Origin: Eubacteriales bacterium
Lineage (GTDB): Bacteria > Bacillota > Clostridia > Christensenellales > CAG-138
DNA length: 64,000 nucleotides
Assembly: GCA_028694155.1 (NCBI GenBank)
Contig: JAQUTY010000002.1
Span: 160,115-224,114 of the forward strand
Reading direction: 5' to 3'
This document shows positions 47,785-55,719 of the stretch, piece by piece. Both the position numbers and the translations under genes were made by a program. Position 1 is the stretch's first letter. Each line of letters opens with the position of its first letter. The notes beneath the pieces were generated by a model. It saw nothing but the letters and a program-made list of their open reading frames with translations. It was not told the origin of the DNA and made no database searches.

Positions 47785-48980
47785 TGATGCTCCCAAAGGA
47801 ATACATCCAAAGAATGCAAGAGCAGTTGGGGAGCGAGTTTTCCGCCTATCTTGCAGCTATGAAGGAGCCGTCAGGACGAAGCATCAGAATAAATACACTT
47901 AGGGCGAGTGTGGAGCGTGCAAAGGAGCTGTTGGGTGTAACTAAGAGCAATGGCGTTGTTGCCCAGGGCTTCATGGCGACAGATGAACTGGACGGCAAAA
48001 ACGTCTACCATGCGTGTGGGCTGTACTATATTCAAGAAGCATCGGCACAGCTTCCTGCAAGCCTGCTTGACGTTAAAAAGGGCATGGCGGTGCTGGATTT
48101 GTGCGCCGCACCCGGAGGGAAATCGACTCAACTGGCGGCATATCTAGGCGGCACGGGCGTGCTGGTGGCAAACGAGATAGTACCTAAGCGTGCGCAGATA
48201 TTGACTTCAAATATTGAGCGCATGGGAATTACCAACGCTATTGTTACAAACATGACGCCACGGGAGCTGTGTTCTAAATTGCACGGCTGCTTTGATGCGG
48301 TATTGGTTGATGCACCATGCGCAGGCGAGGGAATGTTCAGAAAGGACGAACGTGCAATATTGGAGTGGTCAAGGGAGCACGTTTTATCGTGTGCGGACAG
48401 GCAAAGGGAAATTCTTTCGAGCGCACAGACCGCCCTAAAGGACGGCGGAAGGCTGGTGTACTCGACCTGCTCGTTCTCAAAAGAGGAAAATGAGGACGTG
48501 GCTAGTTGGTTTGTTGATAAGTACCCCGAATTTGAGCTTGTTGAGACACGCAGACTGTATCCGCACAACTCCAAGGGCGAGGGACAGTTCGCGGCTGTGT
48601 TTATAAAGCGTGGAATATTGAGCCAAAGCACTTTGCTTGACGAGCAAAAACGAACGTTGCCCGATGGACGGGAGCTGATAATTCCAAAGACGCCGTTTAG
48701 GCTGGACGGGCTGCACATAATCAGGGCAGGATTGCTTGTTGGAGAACAAAGAAACAAGGTGTTCGTTCCCTCACACGCAATGGCGATGGCGGACAGGCTT
48801 GACAATCGTGTCGAACTGTGCCAAAGCGAGATGACAAGCTATCTGCACGGCGAGGTAATTTTTAAGCAGGCAGACCGAGGCTGGTGTACCATGAGGTATA
48901 ACGGCTTTCCGTTGGGGCTTGGAAAATCGACCTTCGAAGGCATAAAGAATCATTTGCCCAAAGGTCTATTGCTCATGTAA
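47781..48980 (+). CDS. RsmB/RsmF (NOL1/NOP2/Sun)-family RNA m5C methyltransferase
   Basis: AAPGGKSTQLA, DAPCAGEGMFRKD and YSTCSFSKEENE are present, with a C-terminal PUA-like extension. Confidence 0.85.
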   Translation: MMMLPKEYIQRMQEQLGSEFSAYLAAMKEPSGRSIRINTLRASVERAKELLGVTKSNGVVAQGFMATDELDGKNVYHACGLYYIQEASAQLPASLLDVKKGMAVLDLCAAPGGKSTQLAAYLGGTGVLVANEIVPKRAQILTSNIERMGITNAIVTNMTPRELCSKLHGCFDAVLVDAPCAGEGMFRKDERAILEWSREHVLSCADRQREILSSAQTALKDGGRLVYSTCSFSKEENEDVASWFVDKYPEFELVETRRLYPHNSKGEGQFAAVFIKRGILSQSTLLDEQKRTLPDGRELIIPKTPFRLDGLHIIRAGLLVGEQRNKVFVPSHAMAMADRLDNRVELCQSEMTSYLHGEVIFKQADRGWCTMRYNGFPLGLGKSTFEGIKNHLPKGLLLM

Positions 48981-49082
48981 CAATCTCAGTTTGAGCAATA
49001 TTTGAATTTTTGATACATTTTGTGTGCAACCTATTTGAGTACCGCAAGGTATTAGAAGTATTGCATGAAAGGAAATAATGAA

Positions 49083-49781
49083 ATGAAAAAAATACTAATC
49101 GTTATGTTGGCAGTAGTTATGCTGCTGAGCATCGTGGCTTGTAAAAAGAAGACACCGGCAAATCCCAATGATGGTGCCAGTGCTTCACCTACACAGTCTG
49201 CGACAAACAAACCATCGGACGAGCCCAGCACGAAGCCCAGTGCGAGTCCCGATGTTGATGCGAGTGCTAATCCCAGCACAAGCCCTGATGTTGACACGAG
49301 CGCAGATCCGAGCATGAGCCCCGATGTTGACACAAGCGCAGAGCCGCAGAGTGAGCTTGCAAAGGAGCTTGAGACCATACTTGCTGACGCTACCGCAGTT
49401 GAGGTAATGCTCGTGCCTGTTACCGCCATCGACCTAAAGGACGCCGATGCTGTGAACTATTTCTTGGGACTTGACAGCGTTGCGGGCATCCGTGAGGCAG
49501 TATATGCCGAGCCAATGATGAGCAGCATCGCATTTTCGGCGATACTCATTCAGCTTGAGGACGGCGCAGATGTCGAGAAGTTCAAAGCAGATGTTGTTGA
49601 GAAGGTTAATGAAAGAAAATGGATTTGTGTTGGCGCAGATAAAATAATGGCTAACAACTCAGGTTCATTGGTTATGTTCGTTATGTCCGATGCCATGCTT
49701 GCAGATTCCGTAATGGCGGCGTTTGTAGGTCAGCACGAGGGCGACGTTGGCGTTCAAATCGAGCGTATCATCACCGAATAA
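49083..49781 (+). CDS. Lipoprotein with a repeat linker (DUF4358-like)
   Basis: MKKILIVMLAVVMLLSIVACKK is a lipobox. The start at 49083 follows AAAGGAAAT; the track ORF starts at 49065. The gene lies upstream of MBOAT and DHHW genes. Confidence 0.6.
   Translation: MKKILIVMLAVVMLLSIVACKKKTPANPNDGASASPTQSATNKPSDEPSTKPSASPDVDASANPSTSPDVDTSADPSMSPDVDTSAEPQSELAKELETILADATAVEVMLVPVTAIDLKDADAVNYFLGLDSVAGIREAVYAEPMMSSIAFSAILIQLEDGADVEKFKADVVEKVNERKWICVGADKIMANNSGSLVMFVMSDAMLADSVMAAFVGQHEGDVGVQIERIITE
49245..49352 (+). repeat. Three in-frame 36-bp tandem units inside the lipoprotein linker
   Basis: Units start at 49245, 49281 and 49317. They encode SPDVDASANPST, SPDVDTSADPSM and SPDVDTSAEPQS. Confidence 0.8.
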
Positions 49782-49800
49782 CACTTTGTAGGGGGCGCAC

Positions 49801-51189
49801 ATGCTGTTTTCGTCTATCAGCTTTTTGTACTACTTTTTGCCAATAGTGCTTGTGGTGTATTTTGCTGTACCATTTAAGGCAAAAAATCTTGTGCTTCTCC
49901 TCTTCTCGCTAATTTTCTATTTTTACGGCGGGCCGAACTATCTTATACTGCTGGTAGCAAGTGCGCTTGTAGGGTGGGGCTTCGGTCTGCTGATAGACAG
50001 ATTTCGCGGCAGGACAGGCGGCAAGGTATTCCTGTGCCTGTCGCTTATCTCAAGTTTGGGAGTGCTGGGCGTGTTCAAGTATGCGGATTTTGCCATCGGC
50101 AACTTCAACGCTGTCTTTGGAGCAAGTCTGCCACTTTCGGGGCTGGTGCTGCCAATTGGAATCAGCTTTTACACCTTCCAGATTATGAGCTACACCATTG
50201 ATGTGTATCGTGGCGATGCGAGGGTGCAAAAAAATCCGCTTACGCTGCTCACCTATGTTGCGCTGTTTCCCCAACTGATTGCAGGCCCAATCGTTCGATA
50301 TTCAACAATAGAGGGCGAGCTTGAAAAGCGCACGCACAGCTTTGGCAATGCTGCATACGGTGCGCAACGCTTTGTGCTGGGACTTGCAAAGAAGGTGCTC
50401 ATTGCCAATGCACTGGGCGAGTTTTGCGCGCTGTTTAGGCAGACCAACGAGCCGTCCGTGCTGTTTTACTGGCTGTATGCAATCGCATTCTCTCTTCAGA
50501 TTTATTTTGATTTTTCGGGTTACTCGGATATGGCAATCGGGCTTGGGCGCATCTTCGGATTTCACTTTTTGGAGAACTTCAACTATCCGTTCATCTCAAA
50601 GAGCATAACGGAGTTTTGGCGCAGATGGCATATCTCGCTTGGAACTTGGTTTAGAGACTACCTCTATATTCCCATGGGCGGCAATCGAGTGAAAAAGTGG
50701 CGGTGGCTTGTAAACATAGCGGTGGTGTGGATGCTCACAGGCTTGTGGCACGGTGCAAGCTGGAACTTTGTGCTTTGGGGCGCATACTTTGCGGTGTTTC
50801 TCATAATTGAGAAGCTGTTTTTGGGCAAGCTGCTCGAACGAATGCCAAAGGTCGTATCCCACCTGTACCTGATAGTCACGGTGCTTTTGAGCTTCGTGCT
50901 GTTCAATGCGGAAACACTCCAGCAATGTATATCCGATATAGGGGCAATGTTTGGGGCAGGCGGTATTCCGTTTGTGACGGCGCAAACGCTGTACTACCTA
51001 AGAAGCTATGCCGTGCTGCTTGTTGTTGCCATAGTAGGGGCAACACCTCTTGCTAAATGGCTGGTGCAAAAGGTCAAGCTCGACAAAACGTTTGTCATTG
51101 CTCCGCTTGCGCTTGCGGCGTTGCTCATCGTAGTTACCGCCTATCTTGTCGATGGCGGCTTCAATCCCTTCCTGTATTTTAGGTTTTAG
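49801..51189 (+). CDS. MBOAT-family membrane O-acyltransferase (AlgI/DltB-like)
   Basis: Polytopic 462-aa protein. FYTFQ, SITEFWRRWHISL and the catalytic-His region GLWHGASWNF are present. Confidence 0.88.
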   Translation: MLFSSISFLYYFLPIVLVVYFAVPFKAKNLVLLLFSLIFYFYGGPNYLILLVASALVGWGFGLLIDRFRGRTGGKVFLCLSLISSLGVLGVFKYADFAIGNFNAVFGASLPLSGLVLPIGISFYTFQIMSYTIDVYRGDARVQKNPLTLLTYVALFPQLIAGPIVRYSTIEGELEKRTHSFGNAAYGAQRFVLGLAKKVLIANALGEFCALFRQTNEPSVLFYWLYAIAFSLQIYFDFSGYSDMAIGLGRIFGFHFLENFNYPFISKSITEFWRRWHISLGTWFRDYLYIPMGGNRVKKWRWLVNIAVVWMLTGLWHGASWNFVLWGAYFAVFLIIEKLFLGKLLERMPKVVSHLYLIVTVLLSFVLFNAETLQQCISDIGAMFGAGGIPFVTAQTLYYLRSYAVLLVVAIVGATPLAKWLVQKVKLDKTFVIAPLALAALLIVVTAYLVDGGFNPFLYFRF

Positions 51190-51191
51190 CT

Positions 51192-52283
51192 ATGAAAGAG
51201 AAGATAAAAAACATCATAGCGGTCGCATTGCTTGGCGGACTTCTGCTTTTAGGAGCCGCATGGTGCATTCTTAAACCTGCGGACGCCCTATCGGTTGCCG
51301 AAAGACGCACGCTCAAGCAGTTCCCCACGCTCAAATGGAACGACTTAATTTTAGGCGAGTGGATGGAGGACTTTGACAGCTATACCTTGGATCAGTTTCC
51401 GATAAGACAACAGTTGCGCACCGTCAAGGCTTGGGTGAGCTACAACTTGCTTGGACAGATGGACAACAACGGAATATACTTGGCGGACGGGAGCGTTGGC
51501 AAGCTGGAGTATCCCCTAAAGGAAAACTCCATTATAAAGGCTGCCGACAAGCTCAACGCAATAAGAGATAAGTATTTGGACGGCTGCAAGGTCTACTATG
51601 CGATTATTCCCGACAAGAACTACTATATTGCAGCGCAGAACGGCTATCCTTCCATGGACTATGTGCGTTTGGAAGAATTGTTTGACGGGCGCATCACAGG
51701 TATGCAAAAGATTGCTCTGTGGGACTGCTTAGACATTTGGGATTACTATACTACGGACACGCATTGGAGGCAGGAGAGGCTTGAGCGTGTTGTAAACAGA
51801 CTGGCGCAGGCGATGGACTTTGAGCTTGGTTCGGGGTACGAGCAGGAAACACTGACGCCTTTTTATGGCGTGTACTATGGGCAGGCGGCACTTCCGCTGG
51901 AGCCTGATGCAATAAATTACCTGCATAATTCCACCATAGATGAAGCCACGGTCTACAATTTTGAAACAGGCAAATCGGGCGGCGTTTACGATATTGAAAA
52001 GTTTGAGGGAATGGACGGCTACGATGTGTTTCTGTCGGGCGCATGTCCTCTGCTTACAATAGAGAACCCCAACGCAAAAACGGACAAGGAGCTGATAATC
52101 TTCCGTGATTCATTCGGCTCGTCCCTAGCTCCGCTGATGATTGACGGATATAAAAAGATTACACTTGTAGATATCCGCTACATAGTGAGCGATTATGTTG
52201 GTCAATTCATTCAATTTGGCAATCAGGACGTGCTGTTTCTCTATTCCACGTTAATTCTAAACAGCAGCGATACATTGAGATAG
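51192..52283 (+). CDS. DHHW-family protein (AlgJ/AlgX-like SGNH partner of MBOAT)
   Basis: N-terminal anchor. YTTDTHW is the signature DTHW motif and FRDSFG is GDSL-like. Confidence 0.75.
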   Translation: MKEKIKNIIAVALLGGLLLLGAAWCILKPADALSVAERRTLKQFPTLKWNDLILGEWMEDFDSYTLDQFPIRQQLRTVKAWVSYNLLGQMDNNGIYLADGSVGKLEYPLKENSIIKAADKLNAIRDKYLDGCKVYYAIIPDKNYYIAAQNGYPSMDYVRLEELFDGRITGMQKIALWDCLDIWDYYTTDTHWRQERLERVVNRLAQAMDFELGSGYEQETLTPFYGVYYGQAALPLEPDAINYLHNSTIDEATVYNFETGKSGGVYDIEKFEGMDGYDVFLSGACPLLTIENPNAKTDKELIIFRDSFGSSLAPLMIDGYKKITLVDIRYIVSDYVGQFIQFGNQDVLFLYSTLILNSSDTLR

Positions 52284-52305
52284 ACCCACAGCAACAGGCA
52301 TAGTA

Positions 52306-52335
52306 GGGGCGAACTGAGTTCGCCCTTTCATCTTT
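52306..52335 (+). terminator. Rho-independent terminator after the DHHW gene
   Basis: GGGCGAAC (52307-52314) and GTTCGCCC (52318-52325) form the stem with a 3-nt loop, followed by TTTCATCTTT. Confidence 0.75.
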
Positions 52336-52444
52336 GGTACCACTCGTTCTTTTTATGCTGTCAATCATATAAATTCGGCAAAAAGGTTGCATTTTTGGCA
52401 AAAAAGATGCACAATAAGATGAGGGTATGTGGGAGGATGAATAG

Positions 52445-54256
52445 TTGATTTCCGTATCGCAGATATTAAGATTGATCATGGGGCTTGTGTTCACCCTTTT
52501 TGGGATGAATCAGATGAGTCACGGGCTGGAACGTCTGTCGGGCGGAACGCTCGAACGTGTTTTAGAAACGGCAACCTCGACCAAATCAAAGTATCCCATA
52601 ATCGGACGCATCAAGGGAATGTTCGTGGGCTGCGGCATCACCGCACTCGTTCAGTCCAGCGCATCCACTACCGTAATGACGGTCGGCTTTGTCAATTCGG
52701 GCATGATGAAGCTCGAACAGGCAATTGGCATAATCATGGGTGCCAACATCGGCACGACCATCACTCTTTGGATACTAGCTCTTTCCGGAATTGGAGACGG
52801 CGCATGGTATCTGCAAATATTCAAGCCTGCAAACTTTGCTCCCGTAATAGCCTTACTTGGGCTTGTTCTGCTTCTCTTTTCGAAGAAAACTCGCCGCCGT
52901 GACATCGGCGCAACGCTTGTTACCTTCTCCATCATGCTCTTTGGTGTTCTGTTGATGCGCGAGACCTGCGAGAGTATGCACCTTGAAACCAATCAGGCTG
53001 TAATTGACGTGTTCGCCGCTTTGCAAAATCCGTTCTTGGGCGTCATTGTAGGAGCAGCATTCACCGCACTCATTCAGTCGTCCACGGCTGCTGTCAGTAT
53101 CGTTCAGGCGCTGTCAGCGGGCGGCCTTATCACCTATGGTTCTGCAATTCCAATCATCATAGGAACCAACATCGGCACCTGCGTGACCGCATTGATTTCC
53201 TGCATCGGCGCATCGAAAAATGCAAAACGTACCGCCGTGGTTCACCTTTACTTCAACTGCATCGGCTGCATTGTGTTCCTATCGCTGTTCTACGGGCTCA
53301 AGGCAATATTCGGCTTTGAGAGCATGATGTCAATGGAGCTCAATGCGTTCAATATTGCCATTATACATACTGTATTCAACGTTGCAGGTACGATGCTGCT
53401 GCTGCCTATGGGCGGCTGGCTTGCAAAGCTTGCTCGTCTCACAATCCCCGACAAGCCCGAAACTCGGGACGTTCCCACCACCCTTTTGGACGATAGATTC
53501 CTAAACACGCCGGGATTTGCGGTCGAGCAATGCTCCACCGTTACCGACAAGATGGCGCACGTTGCAAAGGAGACAATTTTTGCTGCGCTCACCATTCTTG
53601 ATAAATGGGACGAGGGGCTGGCGCAAACAATCGTTGACAATGAGGAACATCTCGACCGATATGAGGACAAGCTGGGAACCTACCTTGTCAAGCTGTCCGA
53701 GCAATCGCTCAATGCTGCGGAGTCGAAGCGCATTAACCAACTGCTGCATGTAATCGGAGATTTTGAGCGCATCGGCGATCACGCATTGAACATACTCGAT
53801 TCGGCTCGTGAAATGAAGGAAAAGAACCTGTCCTTCTCCAACGATGCAAGACGTGAGCTAAATGTAATGACTTCCGCATTAAAAGAGATTTTGGAGCTGT
53901 CGTTCGCTTCATATTTTGATAACGATATTGAAACCGCAGGGCGTGTTGAGCCGCTTGAGGATGTTATTGATGCCTTGCAGCTTGAGCTAAAGAGCCGCCA
54001 TGTCAACCGATTGCAGAAGGGCGAATGTACAATTCAGCTAGGCTTTGTGTTCAACGATTTAATCTCGAACTTCGAGCGTGTTTCCGACCATTGCTCCAAC
54101 ATTGCAGTAGACTTAATCGAAGTGACGCAATCCAAGTTCGACACGCATAAGTATCTAAATGCGCTAAAGCAAGCACCCACCGAGAGATACAGCGCATATG
54201 TGGCTGAATATACGGAACGTTTTGGCTTGCAAAAGGACGAACCGACCCTGTTTTAA
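52445..54256 (+). CDS. Na+/phosphate cotransporter-family protein with a C-terminal PhoU-like domain
   Basis: Duplicated QSSSA/T-type motifs (ALVQSSASTTVM, ALIQSSTAAVSI). The C-terminal helical repeat contains GDHALNI and SDHCSNIA. The start is a TTG, so the true N-terminus is uncertain. Confidence 0.85.
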   Translation: MISVSQILRLIMGLVFTLFGMNQMSHGLERLSGGTLERVLETATSTKSKYPIIGRIKGMFVGCGITALVQSSASTTVMTVGFVNSGMMKLEQAIGIIMGANIGTTITLWILALSGIGDGAWYLQIFKPANFAPVIALLGLVLLLFSKKTRRRDIGATLVTFSIMLFGVLLMRETCESMHLETNQAVIDVFAALQNPFLGVIVGAAFTALIQSSTAAVSIVQALSAGGLITYGSAIPIIIGTNIGTCVTALISCIGASKNAKRTAVVHLYFNCIGCIVFLSLFYGLKAIFGFESMMSMELNAFNIAIIHTVFNVAGTMLLLPMGGWLAKLARLTIPDKPETRDVPTTLLDDRFLNTPGFAVEQCSTVTDKMAHVAKETIFAALTILDKWDEGLAQTIVDNEEHLDRYEDKLGTYLVKLSEQSLNAAESKRINQLLHVIGDFERIGDHALNILDSAREMKEKNLSFSNDARRELNVMTSALKEILELSFASYFDNDIETAGRVEPLEDVIDALQLELKSRHVNRLQKGECTIQLGFVFNDLISNFERVSDHCSNIAVDLIEVTQSKFDTHKYLNALKQAPTERYSAYVAEYTERFGLQKDEPTLF

Positions 54257-54303
54257 TTGACACATAATTAAGTTGCGCCTAAACCGTCTCCCTTATCACT
54301 TGT

Positions 54304-54497
54304 GGCTCACTCTGACGAGGGAGCTGTCGCCGTGCAGCATATATCACTTCTGGGCTGAGGGAGCTGTCGCCGTGCAGCATATATCACTTCTGGGCTCCCT
54401 CTGATGAGGGAGCTGTCACCGTGCAGCATATATCACTTCTGGGCTCCCTCTGACGAGGGAGCTGTCGCCGCAGGTGACTGAGGGAGAGAACATTTAA
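54304..54497 (+). repeat. Tandem array of partial palindromic-repeat modules (4 units of 40-49 bp)
   Basis: GAGGGAGCTGTC(G/A)CCGTGCAGCATATATCACTTCTGGGCT occurs at 54317, 54357 and 54406. Units 2-3 and 3-4 are joined by CCCTCTGA(T/C). A fourth unit from 54455 ends GAGGGAGCTGTCGCCGCAGGTGACTGAGGGAGAGAACATTTAAC. Confidence 0.9.
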
Positions 54498-54529
54498 CAT
54501 CACAGCGATTCAAGACCGTTGACACACCC

Positions 54530-54676
54530 CTTATCTCTCCCTCCGAGCGCTTCGCGCCCACCTCCCTCATCAGAGGGAGGCAAGAGTGCTACCCTCCCTC
54601 ATTATCTACCAAGTTGGGCTCCCTCTGATGAGGGAGCTGTCGCCGCAGGTGACTGAGGGAGAGAACATTTAACCGC
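54530..54676 (+). repeat. Copy 1 of a 147-bp MITE-like composite palindromic element
   Basis: CTTATCTCTCCCTCCGAGCGCTTCGCGCCCACCTCCCTCATCAGAGGGAGG...GGGCTCCCTCTGATGAGGGAGCTGTCGCCGCAGGTGACTGAGGGAGAGAACATTTAACCGC. The ends TCTCTCCCTC and GAGGGAGAGA are inverted repeats. Internal 8-bp hairpins are CCTCCCTC/GAGGGAGG and GCTCCCTC/GAGGGAGC. Confidence 0.9.
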
Positions 54677-55009
54677 AAAATCTATTGCTTCACACGCTTG
54701 ATAGAAATTTCTGTCAATGTCAAGATTGCAAAGCCTAATCAGTTTGAGATTCATTTTTTCGAGTTCGGCGGTTCTTATGGCGTCCTTTGCAAGCTGCTTT
54801 TCCTCGTAATGCCCTCCGCCATCAAGCTCGACTACAAGTCGGGCTTTTGCACAGTAAAAATCAACAATGTAGTTGCCGATTGCCTTTTGGCGTTGAAACC
54901 GAACGGGATAGCTTCGCAAAAATTCATACCACAGTTTTCGCTCCCATGGCGTCATGTTTTTGCGCAAGGCTTTTGCAAGAGGGATATTGTTTTTGTTGTA
55001 GTCTTTCAC
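54602..55009 (-). CDS. DUF559 (Vsr-like / PD-(D/E)xK) endonuclease-domain protein
   Basis: LRKNMTPWERKLWYEFL and NYIVDFYCAKARLVVELDGGGH are typical of DUF559. The GTG start at 55009 comes directly after an in-frame TAA. The upstream GGAGGGAGAG and the last ~25 codons (SLPQSPAATAPSSEGAQLGR) are encoded by the flanking repeat copies. Confidence 0.8.
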   Translation of the reverse strand: MKDYNKNNIPLAKALRKNMTPWERKLWYEFLRSYPVRFQRQKAIGNYIVDFYCAKARLVVELDGGGHYEEKQLAKDAIRTAELEKMNLKLIRLCNLDIDRNFYQACEAIDFAVKCSLPQSPAATAPSSEGAQLGR

Positions 55010-55155
55010 TTATCTCTCCCTCCGAGCGCTTCGCGCCCACCTCCCTCATCAGAGGGAGGCAAGAGTGCTACCCTCCCTCATCATTTGCCAAACTTGGCTC
55101 CCTCTGATGAGGGAGCTGTCGCCGAAGGTGACTGAGGGAGAGAACATTTTACCGC
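55009..55155 (+). repeat. Copy 2 of the 147-bp MITE-like composite element (direct repeat of copy 1)
   Basis: Near-identical to 54530-54676. Differences cluster in the central spacer (CATTATCTACCAAGTTG versus CATCATTTGCCAAACTT-), plus GCAGG versus GAAGG in the second-hairpin loop and TTTAACCGC versus TTTTACCGC at the 3' end. Confidence 0.9.
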
Positions 55156-55159
55156 TAAC

Positions 55160-55690
55160 TCAGCTTGCTTTGGTATCGACGATGTACTCGCCTGTGCTGA
55201 GCGTGAGCGTGTTTCCGCTTACGTCAACGAGCGTACCCACACCCTCAAACAGGGTGACAATTTGACCGTCAAGACGGAACACATAGGTATAGTCAATGTC
55301 ATCTGTTTGAGCAACGCAAAGCACTAGCTCGATGAAGCTGTCGCTCGTGTCCATGTCGAGCTGAACCAAGGAGCGTGGCGCAACAAACGGCGCAATGAGA
55401 GCGTAGTTCATGTCAATGTGGAAATAGGCAAAGCCGTCACCCTCATCATAGTAAAGCCCAAAGGCGTTTTGTTGTGTTGGTGATTCAAGGTTGGCTCGGT
55501 ACAGAAGCGCACTTTCAACTTCGAGCCAAACAGGTTCATCGCTGTCGACCATATCAATCGATTCAATATCGACAAAGGAAGGGGTAATCTTTGGTTCTTG
55601 GGTGACAGAAGGGGCAACGTCGGGCTTTGCCTTGCAGCCTGATGCCAAGAGCAGCACCATCGAAATAAAAGTAATGCAGAATATTCTCAT
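55160..55690 (-). CDS. Hypothetical lipoprotein
   Basis: MRIFCITFISMVLLLASGCKAK is a signal peptide plus lipobox. I recognise no family motif. Confidence 0.55.
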   Translation of the reverse strand: MRIFCITFISMVLLLASGCKAKPDVAPSVTQEPKITPSFVDIESIDMVDSDEPVWLEVESALLYRANLESPTQQNAFGLYYDEGDGFAYFHIDMNYALIAPFVAPRSLVQLDMDTSDSFIELVLCVAQTDDIDYTYVFRLDGQIVTLFEGVGTLVDVSGNTLTLSTGEYIVDTKAS

Positions 55691-55719
55691 CTAGGGGGTC
55701 TCCGTTTCAGGCGTATACG

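Noticed and set aside
54304-54497. A regular 40-49-bp repeat array that at first glance resembles a small CRISPR array.
   Set aside because: The units abut one another or are joined only by the same 9-nt CCCTCTGA(T/C) connector. There are no unique spacers, no cas genes are present in the window, and the repeat is a fragment of the larger palindromic element found twice nearby.
54395-54497. The string CTGATGAG inside the repeat hairpins matches the conserved CUGAUGA core of hammerhead ribozymes.
   Set aside because: The rest of the hammerhead architecture is missing. The nucleotide after CUGAUGA and the one before the only nearby GAA cannot pair to close stem II. No GAAA box sits in the right place, and there is no stem III or NUH cleavage-site arrangement. 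The motif is simply the loop region of an 8-bp palindrome.
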